Source: Smithellaceae bacterium (GTDB lineage Bacteria; Desulfobacterota; Syntrophia; Syntrophales; Smithellaceae). Taken from it: DNA of 64,000 nucleotides. Of this stretch, positions 1-9,299 are shown one piece after another. A program made the translations under genes and the position numbers. The notes under the pieces are model-generated. The model was given only the letters and a program-made list of their open reading frames with translations. It was not told the DNA's origin and did no database searches. Numbering within the stretch: position 1 is the stretch's first letter; every line of letters starts with the position of its first letter. The stretch spans positions 1,568,001 to 1,632,000 of the forward strand of contig CAXXVL010000002.1 in the NCBI GenBank assembly GCA_963667845.2, in the 5' to 3' direction.

Positions 1-593
1 TGCTTTTATGTGTAACGGGACTGGGCATGATGTTCCAGACATTTAACTTTATCGGCGCGCTGTTTGGCGGTTTGAAGAGCTTGAAACTGGTTCATAATTT
101 TACCGGTTTGGTGTTTGCGGTTTCGCTCATTCTGGTGATCAGGATGTGGTGGAAGGAAGCGGGCGTTTTTGTGTTCCCCGAAGACCTCGACTGGATTTTG
201 GCGGCAGGCGGATACCTGTGGCATGTGGACAAAGTACCGGAGACGGGGAAATACAATCCGGGGCAGAAAGCCTTTTTCCTGGTTGTGGCGGGTTTCGGTG
301 TGATCATGATTATCACGGGATTGATTATGTGGTTTCCCGGGTCCCTGCCGACAGGTTTTGTGCGGTGGATGTTCCCGCTGCACGCCCTGGGGTTTGTGGC
401 GATCTTTGCGTTCTTCTTCATTCACCTGTATCTGGGCACCATTGGTAACCCCGGATCGGTCGATGCAATGATCACGGGCTGGATGGACAAGCGGGTATTA
501 ACCATGCTGCATCCGAAGTGGGTCAAGGAGATGGAGCATGAAGGCAAGCTGGTTGTCTGGGGCGAGGAAACGAAATCCGACGCCCATGGACAT
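1..593 (+). repeat. direct repeat copy A (fdnI coding sequence), identical to 14480-15072
   Basis: Identical sequence at offset 14479; shadow ORFs in the track are also identical. Confidence 0.95.
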
Positions 594-596
594 TAG
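1..596 (+). CDS. fdnI: formate dehydrogenase gamma subunit (cytochrome b556), 5' truncated by window edge; copy 1
   Basis: Hydrophobic ORF with VHNFTG, GKYNPGQK, LHAL, IHLYLG motifs; identical to 14480-15072; ends TAG 594-596. Confidence 0.92.
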   Translation, partial: LLCVTGLGMMFQTFNFIGALFGGLKSLKLVHNFTGLVFAVSLILVIRMWWKEAGVFVFPEDLDWILAAGGYLWHVDKVPETGKYNPGQKAFFLVVAGFGVIMIITGLIMWFPGSLPTGFVRWMFPLHALGFVAIFAFFFIHLYLGTIGNPGSVDAMITGWMDKRVLTMLHPKWVKEMEHEGKLVVWGEETKSDAHGH

Positions 597-641
597 GACG
601 TAGCCATTTATTTTATCAATAAAAACAACAACATCAGTAAC

Positions 642-676
642 AAGCGGCGTGCATCAAAACAGTGCGCGCCGCTTTC
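642..676 (+). terminator. probable intrinsic terminator / stem-loop after fdnI copy 1
   Basis: AAGCGGCGTGCA (642-653) pairs with TGCGCGCCGCTT (663-674); short T tail. Confidence 0.55.
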
Positions 677-703
677 TGCTGATTAAAGTTACTAAGGAAA
701 AAA

Positions 704-1588
704 ATGATAATCAGTAAAACTGAAACACCCGTCATGGATCAAATTATCGATCGTGCCATCGAGCAAAATCCTCGCGCAAGTGAACTCTTGAAGGCTTTCG
801 GGCCGATAATCACCCGGCAAAGACAACTAACGGATTCCATTGCCCCGCCCAAATTGGATTATTCGGCCATTGACCGTGAAAAGCTACGCGCCGGTGTCTC
901 TGTCATCCGGCAGATCAGTCTGTTTACACCGGCAGACCCATTTTCCGAAATTGCTTTGTCGCTTTCGGCAGCTGTAAAAGAGGGGATGCCGGCACTCACG
1001 GAAGAGCTTGATCGACTGTCGGATCTGATTGCCAAAGGCAAACTCCGTCTCGCCGATTACTTTAAGGAAGATCCGGGTCGTGAAAACAAGACGATGGATC
1101 ACTGGTGCCGGGATCTGAAAGTATCTCCCTCCAATGCAACTTTCTTATTGAGTCTGGTAGCCCGCGTTTTGCTGGAGCGGCGGGCCAGGGAAGCCACTGC
1201 GGCGCTTGGCGAATTTGCCTGGGAAAAAGGTTATTGTCCGATCTGCGGGGAGTTCCCTTCCATTGCGTTAATTGAGGAAGAAGGCGGTAAGCGCTTTTTA
1301 CATTGCAGTTCCTGCGGCCAGGACTGGCGCTTTACGCGTGTGGTTTGCCCCTACTGTGAAAAAGAAGCCCAGCGGGAAATGGATTATTTTTACGTCGAGA
1401 ACAAAACACAGGAATCCGCTTTTGTTTGCGACAAGTGCAATAAATATCTAATAACACTTTATCGCGCCGGTCGTTTGCATGCGCGGGACATGGATATTTC
1501 AGCAATCAGTCTGGTTCATCTGGATATGATAATGCAGGAAAAAGGTTACGAGCCCATGGCGGTTTGTACCTGGAATAGCTTGAGTTGA
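704..1588 (+). CDS. fdhE: formate dehydrogenase maturation protein FdhE
   Basis: C-terminal CPICG, CSSC, CPYC, CDKC motifs; FDH context; start could be 733. Confidence 0.9.
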   Translation: MIISKTETPVMDQIIDRAIEQNPRASELLKAFGPIITRQRQLTDSIAPPKLDYSAIDREKLRAGVSVIRQISLFTPADPFSEIALSLSAAVKEGMPALTEELDRLSDLIAKGKLRLADYFKEDPGRENKTMDHWCRDLKVSPSNATFLLSLVARVLLERRAREATAALGEFAWEKGYCPICGEFPSIALIEEEGGKRFLHCSSCGQDWRFTRVVCPYCEKEAQREMDYFYVENKTQESAFVCDKCNKYLITLYRAGRLHARDMDISAISLVHLDMIMQEKGYEPMAVCTWNSLS

Positions 1589-1650
1589 TTAATCAATAGC
1601 CGGATGATCTTGATATTTTGACTTCAGGTTGCAGCTTGGGCACTTACGTG

Positions 1651-1679
1651 TTGACAGGATAGTCAGAGTTTTGTATGAA
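1651..1679 (+). promoter_or_regulatory. sigma70-like promoter of the cytoplasmic FDH gene
   Basis: TTGACA (1651-1656), 17 bp spacer, TATGAA (1674-1679). Confidence 0.6.
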
Positions 1680-1726
1680 ATAACTTACATTATATGTCAA
1701 TTTCGGCATATGTCAATGATGTCATA
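1674..1726. promoter_or_regulatory. array of 2-3 TATGTCA-N4-TGACATA-like operator sites
   Basis: TATGTCA-ATTT-CGGCATA (1693-1710), TATGTCA-ATGA-TGTCATA (1709-1726), weaker TATGAAA-TAAC-TTACATT (1674-1691); perfect copy at 10253-10270. Confidence 0.55.
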
Positions 1727-1749
1727 GATGAATTTCGGGAGATGCGAAT

Positions 1750-4452
1750 ATGAGCGATATGTTTATCTTGAATGGCAAAGAGACGCCCTTTAAACCAGGT
1801 CAAATGATTCTGGATGCGGCGCGAAATGGAGGGATTGAAATTCCTACCCTTTGTTACTTAAAGGGTGCGACACCGACCGGCGCCTGCCGAGTTTGCTGTG
1901 TCGAAGTTAAAGGAGCCCGGTCATTAATGGCATCATGCTCGACGCCGGTTACCCCGGGCATGGAAGTTACGACGGACAGTGAGTTTGTTCATCGCGCCAG
2001 GAAATTAAATGTTGAGCTACTGCTCGCCTCCGGCCGCCACAACTGCCTGACCTGCGAAGCCAACGGCAACTGCCGTCTGCAGGATCTAGCCTATTTTTAT
2101 AAAATCACCAAGTTGCAGTTTAAAGAAAAAGAACTGAGCGATATCTATCCGACGGAAGATGAGAACCCCTTCATTGTCCGTAATTTCAGCCGTTGCATCC
2201 TTTGCGGCCGCTGCGTTCAGGCCTGCAACGAGTTGGTTGTGAATCGTGCTATATCGCAGGGATATCGCGGCGGTGAAAGCAAGATCGTTACCGGTGGTGA
2301 CAGCCCATACAATGACAGTGAATGTGTTTTTTGCGGCCAGTGCGTGGAAGTCTGTCCGACTGGTGCGCTCACCGAGAAGAAGGCCAAGGGTCTGGGGCGT
2401 CCCTGGGAAATACAAAAAATTCGCACGACCTGTCCTTACTGCGGCGTGGGTTGCCAGCAGTGGCTGCATGTCCGCGATGGCAAAATTGTCAAAATCACCG
2501 CTGTCGAAGATGCTCAACCGAACCAGGGCCGCCTGTGCGTAAAGGGCCGTTTTGCATACGATTTTATTTATTCGGAGGAAAGGCTCAAAACACCGCTGAT
2601 TCGCGAGGCCAATGGTGAATTTCGTGAAGCGTCATGGGATGAGGCGCTGGATCTTGTAGCTTCAAAATTTAAAGAGATTATCAAAAAAGACGGACCGGAC
2701 GCTATTGCCGGTGTCAGTTGCGCCCGCAGCATTAACGAAGATTCCTATCAAATGCAAAAACTTTTCCGCGCAGCGATCGGGACAAACAACATCGATCACT
2801 GCGCCCGCACCTGACACGCCCCCACGGTCGCGGGTCTCGCGACCTCTTTTGGTTCCGGTGCAATGACGAATTCTTTTGCCGACTTTATCAAAGCGAAGAT
2901 GATTTTAATGGTCGGTACAAATATGAGCGAAGCGCATCCTGTTGCCGCAACATTTGTTAAGGATGCCGTGCTTGGCGGCGCCGAGCTCATCGTCGTCGAT
3001 CCCAGGCGTACGGATATGGTGGACTTTGCGAAGCTGCATGTGCCGATCAAAGTCGGGTCGGACGTGGCCTTTATCAACGGTGTGATGAATGTGCTGATCA
3101 GCGAAAAGCTGTACGATAAAAAATATGTAGAATCCTGCACGGTCGGTTTTGAAGACCTCAAAAAGAAAGTCATGGAGTATCCGCCGGAGCGAGCGGCCGA
3201 AATCAGCGGCGTTTCCGCCGAAATGATCCGGGATGTTGCGCGCAGGCTCGCTTCCGTAAGACCGGCGATGCTCATGTATACTCTGGGCATTACCGAACAT
3301 ATCTGCGGCGTCAATAACGTCATGAGCTGTGCCAATCTCCAGATGCTCCTAGGCAATGTCGGTTTCGAGTGCGGCGGTGTCAATCCATTGCGCGGTCAGA
3401 ACAATGTTCAGGGCGCCTGCGATATGGGCGCACTCCCCAATGTCTTTCCCGGCTATCAGCGTGTGGATAATGCGGACGCGCGGGCCAAGTTCGAGAAGGC
3501 GTGGAATGTTAAATCTCTTCCGGACAAGCCCGGTATGGTGATGCCCACTATGATGGAAGGCCTGACCACCGGAAAAATTAAAGCCTTCTATGTTTTCGGC
3601 GAGAATCTGGCCAATACCGAGCCGGATATTCATCACGTCGAACATTGTCTGCAATCCGCGGAATTTCTGGTCTGCCAGGATATTTTCCCGACGGAAACGA
3701 CGCGTTTTGCACACGTGATTCTTCCGGCAGCCGCCTGGAGTGAAAATGAAGGTACCTTCTCCAGTTCGGAGCGGCGCGTCAACCGTGTGCGCACGGCCAG
3801 TGTTGCGCCGGGCGAAGCCAATCCCAACTGGTGGATTTTCAAGGAAATTGCGAAGAGGATGGGACATAAATGGAAGTCGGACAGCGCTCAGGAAATCTGG
3901 GACAATGAATTATCCGTGCTGGCGCCGTCTATGGCCGGCATCAAATATTCCCGCCTGGAAAACGACGGAATCCAGTGGCCGGCTCCCACGGAAACTCACC
4001 CCGGCACACCGACGCTGCATAAAGATGGCAAGTTTACCTGCGGCCTCGGCGTACTCAAAGCCATCGACTGGATACCGCCGGCGGAAGTTCCCGATGAAGA
4101 ATACCCGCTGGTGCTTTCCACGGGACGCCGCTTATATCATTACCATACCCGGACGCAAACAGGACGTTCTCAGGGCATTAATGATTTGCTTGGTGAAGAA
4201 ACGGCCGATATTTCTGCAGCGGATGCCGAAGCAAAAGGCATTCTCGATGGTGAGATGATTTCGGTCAAATCCCGACGAGGTGAGATTGTCGTCAAGGCAC
4301 GCGTAACCCGGCAGGTTCCCCAGGGACTCGTCTGGATGGCGTTTCATTTCCGGAAAGCGTGCGCCAATTGGCTCACCAATCCGGTTTATGACCCGGTTAC
4401 TCAGACCGCTGAATACAAGGCCTGCGCCGTCCGGATTGACAAATTGAAATAG
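1750..4452 (+). CDS. fdhA: selenocysteine-containing cytoplasmic formate dehydrogenase alpha subunit (FdhF-like with N-terminal NuoG-like Fe-S module), 900 aa; UGA=Sec at 2812-2814
   Basis: ORFs 1750-2814 and 2863-4452 are in frame; readthrough gives DHCART-U-HAPTVAGL; IPTLC..GACRVC, HNCLTC, two CxxCxxC, CPYCGVGC and RGQNNVQG motifs; SECIS follows. Confidence 0.95.
2826..2844 (+). promoter_or_regulatory. bacterial SECIS element
   Basis: GGTCGCG-GGTCT-CGCGACC hairpin starting after an 11-nt spacer 3' of the UGA, like the E. coli fdhF SECIS. Confidence 0.88.
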
Positions 4453-4475
4453 GTTAACAAATTGAAATGCGTGGT

Positions 4476-4508
4476 AAAACATCCCGCGCAAGTAGCGGGA
4501 TGTTTTTT
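4476..4508 (+). terminator. intrinsic terminator after fdhA
   Basis: AAAACATCCCGC-GCAAGTA-GCGGGATGTTTT followed by T run. Confidence 0.75.
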
Positions 4509-4562
4509 GCAAGTTTATATGTTATTAATAACACATTCAATACGGAGAGGAACCCGGCTTCC

Positions 4563-5309
4563 ATGAAAAAAATCATCCTGGTATTACTGCTTCTTGTGAC
4601 TGTTCTGGCAACGCCCCTTCACGTTTTCGCTCAGGAAAAAATTTCTGTGGCCGTCGCGGCCAATTTTATTTCTGCCTTCAAAGAAATCGCTGCCGACTTC
4701 GAAGAGAGAACGGGTATAAAGGTGGAGGCGACATTCGCCTCGACCGGCAGTCTTTACAATCAGATCAAGAATGGTGCACCTTATGATGTATTCTTATCCG
4801 CCGACGAACAACGGCCCGATCTTCTGCAAAAAGAAGGGTGGACGGAAGGAACGATCATTTATGCCCGGGGCAAGGTCATCTTGTGGTCAGCCAATAAGGA
4901 TCTTTGCAAAGCGGCAACGTGGACGGACGCCCTGAAGAATGACCGGATCAAGAAGATCGCGATGGCCAACCCGCTGACGGCGCCGTACGGCGCGTCAGCC
5001 AAAGCAGCCCTTCAAAAAGCCGGACTGTGGGAGGGGCTGCAAGGCAGGTTGATCAATGCGCAGGACATAGCGCAATCCTTTCAGTACGCAAGCACGCAGG
5101 CGGTAGATATGAGTTTCTGTGCGCTGTCGGCGACGGCGAGTTCACAGGGTCAGGGCGGCTGCTTCTACCGCATCCCTGAAGCCGCGGATATCGTCCAGAC
5201 CGCCTGTGTGTCCAAGAACGCGAGAAACAAGAAATGTGCGGAGCTTTTTTTAGCTTACCTGATTTGCGAACATGCTCAGAAGATCAAAATGAAATTTGGT
5301 TATAAGTAG
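4563..5309 (+). CDS. modA: molybdate/tungstate ABC transporter substrate-binding protein
   Basis: Signal peptide MKKIILV...; VAVAANF, FASTGSL, GAPYDVFLSAD, ANPLTAPYG; start moved to ATG 4563. Confidence 0.92.
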   Translation: MKKIILVLLLLVTVLATPLHVFAQEKISVAVAANFISAFKEIAADFEERTGIKVEATFASTGSLYNQIKNGAPYDVFLSADEQRPDLLQKEGWTEGTIIYARGKVILWSANKDLCKAATWTDALKNDRIKKIAMANPLTAPYGASAKAALQKAGLWEGLQGRLINAQDIAQSFQYASTQAVDMSFCALSATASSQGQGGCFYRIPEAADIVQTACVSKNARNKKCAELFLAYLICEHAQKIKMKFGYK

Positions 5310-5969
5310 ATGGATTATTTAGCGCTTTTTGTAACAGTGAAGCTTGCTTTGGTAACAACGGTTTTCCTGATCATCATCGCCGCACCCGTGGCTTACTTTC
5401 TGGCCTATGTCCGGTTTCCGGGGAAATCTTTTCTGGAGGCGCTCATTTATCTGCCGATGGCTCTGCCGCCGACAGTGATCGGTTTTTATCTGATCATTGC
5501 CATGGGACCCAGGGGCTTTGCCGGACGCATCTGGGAGACGCTCACCGGCGGGTCACTCTTGTTCACCTTTCTGGGCATTACTATCGCTTCCATCATTTAC
5601 TCCATCCCGTTTGCCGTTCAGCCCATGAAGGCTGCCTTTGTCAAAATTGACCGGCGGCTTTTGGAGAACGCCTGTATCCTGGGGCTGTCGAAGCGTGCAG
5701 CGTTTATCCGTGTCATTTTACCCAACTCACTGGGGGGTATTGCCGCAGCGGCTGTGCTGGTTTTTTTGCATTCGATCGGGGCATTTGGCGTATTGCTCAT
5801 GGTCGGAGGCAGTATTCCGGGCCAGACCAAAGTAGCTTCGATTGCCATTTATGAAGCCGTCGAAATGATGAACTATGCAGCCGCAGGAATGATCGCGCTG
5901 AGCTTCATCCCGATCAGCTATGCCTTTCTGTTGCTGATTAATAGACTCAACGAGGGGTCCCGGCCATGA
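5310..5969 (+). CDS. modB: molybdate ABC transporter permease
   Basis: LPMALPPTVIGFYL and GGSIPGQT motifs. Confidence 0.93.
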   Translation: MDYLALFVTVKLALVTTVFLIIIAAPVAYFLAYVRFPGKSFLEALIYLPMALPPTVIGFYLIIAMGPRGFAGRIWETLTGGSLLFTFLGITIASIIYSIPFAVQPMKAAFVKIDRRLLENACILGLSKRAAFIRVILPNSLGGIAAAAVLVFLHSIGAFGVLLMVGGSIPGQTKVASIAIYEAVEMMNYAAAGMIALSFIPISYAFLLLINRLNEGSRP

Positions 5970-6679
5970 CGATATCCGCAACTTTCAGAAAACGACTGAA
6001 ATATTTTGATGTGGATTTATCGCTTTGCTGCCAGGCGGGAAAAATGACGGTGATGATTGGACCGTCTGGCGGCGGTAAGACAACGATCATTCGCATACTG
6101 GCGGGGCTGGAAAAACCGGACGAAGGGCGGATTGTGTTCGGCGATGAGGTCTGGTTTGATTCTATTCACCGCCTGAATGTACGGCCGCAGGACCGCCGGC
6201 TGGGTTATGTATTTCAGGACTACAGTCTCTTCCCGCACCTGAACCTTTTCGACAATGCGGCTTTTGCTGCGGTCGATAAGAAAGAAGTTGATGCCCTATT
6301 CGATCTTTTCAAAATCAGTCATTTGCGTGAACGTAAACCCAATATGGTTTCCGGCGGAGAACGTCAGCGCTGCGCCATCTGTCAGGCGCTAGCCCGTCAC
6401 CCCAGGTTGCTGCTTTTGGATGAGCCCTTTTCTGCGCTGGATGTCGTGACGAGACGCGGATTGCGCGAAGAAATAAAGAACCTGAAGGGCCGGTTGTCCT
6501 GCCCCATTATTTACGTAACGCATGACATCAACGAAGCCCTGTTTCTGGCCGATGAGATCATGCCGGTTGTTGACGGCAAGATCGACGATGGCTGGTTGCA
6601 ACGTACCATCACGCGCGATCCGGGGGACGGAGCTATAACCAAGGGGGCGAGAGAACCGCGCCTGTCGCTGGTGTATTAG
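5966..6679 (+). CDS. modC: molybdate ABC transporter ATP-binding protein (no TOBE tail apparent)
   Basis: Walker A GPSGGGKT, VSGGERQR, LLLLDEPFSALD; ATGA overlap with modB. Confidence 0.92.
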   Translation: MTISATFRKRLKYFDVDLSLCCQAGKMTVMIGPSGGGKTTIIRILAGLEKPDEGRIVFGDEVWFDSIHRLNVRPQDRRLGYVFQDYSLFPHLNLFDNAAFAAVDKKEVDALFDLFKISHLRERKPNMVSGGERQRCAICQALARHPRLLLLDEPFSALDVVTRRGLREEIKNLKGRLSCPIIYVTHDINEALFLADEIMPVVDGKIDDGWLQRTITRDPGDGAITKGAREPRLSLVY

Positions 6680-6825
6680 AGAAGACGCCGGAGACGATTT
6701 CAAAAACCTAATGACCCCCCTTAACGTAAAAGCGGCGCGAGCTTATCCGAGTTCATGAGACGTTCTCTGCAAAAAATGCGTCAGGCAGGATGCGGAAAGA
6801 GAATATTAAGGAGCAGAATAATTCA

Positions 6826-7416
6826 ATGAACATTTGTACCTATTCCTACGAAGAGTATCTCCATCTGGTTAAATCTTTTCACGGCAATCTCGCGCCCGGT
6901 CTGATTATCGGAGGCTTTATGGTCGATCTGGCGATGAAGCATTTGCCGGAGGGTGATTTTTTTGACGCCGTCTGCGAAACGCCGGTCTGTCTGCCCGATG
7001 CCGTGCAGATTCTGACGCCCTGTACCATTGGGAACGGCTGGCTGAGCATCGTCCCGTTCGGCAAATTTGCCGTCACGCTGTATGAAAAATACACAGGCCA
7101 TGGTGTGAGGGTCTATCTCGACACCGAGAGACTGAATGCGTGGCCGGAGATCCGGGACTGGTATCTCAAAAAGAAAAAAAAGAGCGAGCAGGACAAAGAT
7201 GTGCTTCTCGCGCAGATCAAAAAGGCGGGTCACGACCTGCTCGGCATCCAGCACTTGCAGGTGAGCCCTGAAAAAGTACGCCGGAGGAAACTGGGCCCGG
7301 TAGGCGTCTGCCCGGACTGCGGCGAAGCTTACCCGTCAAAAGACGGTGACAAATGCCGGAGTTGCCAGGGCGATACACCGTATTCAGGCGTCGTTGCCGT
7401 TAAAACCGCAGAATAA
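6826..7416 (+). CDS. FmdE-family protein with C-terminal zinc ribbon
   Basis: FHGNLAPG, CETPVCLPDAVQILTPCTIGNG, CPDC..CRSC; AAGGAG upstream of ATG 6826. Confidence 0.8.
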   Translation: MNICTYSYEEYLHLVKSFHGNLAPGLIIGGFMVDLAMKHLPEGDFFDAVCETPVCLPDAVQILTPCTIGNGWLSIVPFGKFAVTLYEKYTGHGVRVYLDTERLNAWPEIRDWYLKKKKKSEQDKDVLLAQIKKAGHDLLGIQHLQVSPEKVRRRKLGPVGVCPDCGEAYPSKDGDKCRSCQGDTPYSGVVAVKTAE

Positions 7417-7422
7417 TGTGCC

Positions 7423-8181
7423 ATGCTCAAACCCGGAACCATACTGACGCGTCTCCATAAACGCCTTGAACCTTCTGCAAAAAATCGGCGGATTGATGAT
7501 TTGCGTTTGGGATTAAGTTATGTGGGAGTGAGACTGGACAACGGCGCCACGGGGATCGCCGCCTTTCTGCCGGATAAAACCCCAGCCGGCTGCACGGTCC
7601 TGAAAGAAGCGGGAACCTATGCGGGGGCCGGCGCGGCGCAGATGCTGAAATATCTTGTGGACGGCAGAAGCAGTCTGCATCTGGCGATGGGGCTTGCCGC
7701 GGCCAATGCGGTGATCGGGCCGCCCGAAGATAAAAACGAAGATCGGGAAGCGACAACCACATTCAATTTAAAACCCGGTGAAAAAGTGGCCATGGTCGGA
7801 CTTTTTTCGCCGCTAGTGGATCGTATTCGCGCAACAGGCGCCCGGCTCACCATCATCGAAAAGAATCCGGAGCGTCTGGATTTGCTTCCGGCAGAGGATC
7901 GCCGACGTGCGCTTAAGGAATGCGATGTTGTAATCATCACCGCTACCACCCTGCTCAACAACACATTTGAGGAAACGATGGATGCACTGGGGTCACCGCG
8001 CGTAGCCGTCCTGATGGGTCCATCAACACCGCTTGCGGCCGAGATCTTTCCGGATACTCCGTTGACTCAGTTGGGTGGAGCCGTAGTGAATGATTCTGCC
8101 CGGGTGCTACAGATCATCTCCGAAGGCGGAGGCACTCCGGCGCTCCGGCCTTACCTTCGATTCGTTAATTTGATGCTCTGA
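7423..8181 (+). CDS. DUF364-family (Rossmann-like, putative metal/cofactor-binding) protein
   Basis: GLAAANA, KVAMVGLFSP, ITATTLLNNT, MGPSTP motifs. Confidence 0.78.
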   Translation: MLKPGTILTRLHKRLEPSAKNRRIDDLRLGLSYVGVRLDNGATGIAAFLPDKTPAGCTVLKEAGTYAGAGAAQMLKYLVDGRSSLHLAMGLAAANAVIGPPEDKNEDREATTTFNLKPGEKVAMVGLFSPLVDRIRATGARLTIIEKNPERLDLLPAEDRRRALKECDVVIITATTLLNNTFEETMDALGSPRVAVLMGPSTPLAAEIFPDTPLTQLGGAVVNDSARVLQIISEGGGTPALRPYLRFVNLML

Positions 8182-8224
8182 TTATCGCCATCGATGGCAA
8201 ATGCCCCGGGTTTGCATATTCCTT

Positions 8225-9055
8225 TTAAGATTTATAAATGATCGTGCCCACCGGTTTCCCGGCGAGGGCCTTCGTCAGGTTTCCCTTTTCCAGGCCGTTA
8301 ATGATCTGTATTTTTTTAAGCACCTCGCTGTTTTGCAGGATTTCCAGACAGGGCCTTTCAATAATGAGATCATCCAGGTTTCTATTCAGGAGATCCTGTA
8401 CGCTGATTTCGGGAATGAACGACGCCTTCTCATTCTTCTTCGGATCATCCGAGTAAAGACCCCGCTCATCCTTGACGAAAATGCAGCTTTTGGCGCCGAT
8501 CAGATCGGCGATGACCAGCGTGCCAACGTCGGTCCGATGAATGGGGATGCGCGACTTGGTAACGGGTAGCGCAAAATAATCGTAAGGCGGCATGCCGTGC
8601 ATCACGGGGATGCAATCCTGGGCAAAGTAGTTCGATAATTTCGTTACTTCATCGTGGCCGATCTTGATGCCTCCCCAGGGCGCCAGGAGTGTCGCCACCA
8701 GGAGAGCATTCTGTTCAGAAACGGAGCTGCCGAACTTGGCGATGATGCCGGTCGGCATTCCCAGTTCCAAGCCGATCGAATAAATGTGGCGGCTGCGCGT
8801 TCCACCACCGGTTGTCAGGAGAATTTTGTGTTTCTTCTTGTTGGCGACAACTTCTTTCATGATCGCAGGCAGCGCTTTGACGCCGCGATCGCAGATGGAC
8901 TGCCCGCCGATCTTCACGATATTGACGTCCGGGAAAAGCCGCTCCTGGGGGGCGATCCGCAGGCTTTCCATAAACGTTTTACCCACCAGACTCTCTCCCA
9001 TGAGTCTGCTTTTCACGTGTAGTCTTCGACCATCCCGTTCTCTAAAAAGTGCCAT
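8225..9055 (-). CDS. molybdenum storage protein-like amino-acid-kinase-fold protein
   Basis: VKIGGQSICDRG, TGGGTRSRHIYS, GMPPY, RTDVG, FVKDERGLY, NGLEKGNLTKALAG..VGTII closely resemble Azotobacter MosB as recalled. Confidence 0.8.
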   Translation of the reverse strand: MALFRERDGRRLHVKSRLMGESLVGKTFMESLRIAPQERLFPDVNIVKIGGQSICDRGVKALPAIMKEVVANKKKHKILLTTGGGTRSRHIYSIGLELGMPTGIIAKFGSSVSEQNALLVATLLAPWGGIKIGHDEVTKLSNYFAQDCIPVMHGMPPYDYFALPVTKSRIPIHRTDVGTLVIADLIGAKSCIFVKDERGLYSDDPKKNEKASFIPEISVQDLLNRNLDDLIIERPCLEILQNSEVLKKIQIINGLEKGNLTKALAGKPVGTIIYKS

Positions 9056-9060
9056 AAAGT

Positions 9061-9288
9061 CTATTCTTTAACCTCAATCTCGTCTTCCTTCATCTTCCCG
9101 TCTTTGGGTGCCGGAAGCAAAATCAGATCCGCGCCTGTAGCGGCCGCAATTTCTTCCAGTTCTTTCTTTCTCAGATGTTCAGCGTAAAAGGTGATGTTCA
9201 CATCGGCCACGGCCACCAGTTTGAAGCGCGGTTTTTTCTCTTTGGTTCCTACTTTATGCCGCTCGCGATAAAATATTTTTCCTGACAT
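9061..9288 (-). CDS. small hypothetical protein (75 aa)
   Basis: Strong RBS GGGAGGTG; tightly packed between co-oriented neighbours. Confidence 0.75.
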   Translation of the reverse strand: MSGKIFYRERHKVGTKEKKPRFKLVAVADVNITFYAEHLRKKELEEIAAATGADLILLPAPKDGKMKEDEIEVKE

Positions 9289-9299
9289 CGGACACCTCC

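Noticed and set aside
4467..4562. N-terminal extension of ModA
   Set aside because: It crosses the fdhA terminator; the signal peptide begins at ATG 4563.
4563..5309. Six cysteines in periplasmic ModA as a novel metal site
   Set aside because: Scattered, with no motif; cannot be supported without an alignment.
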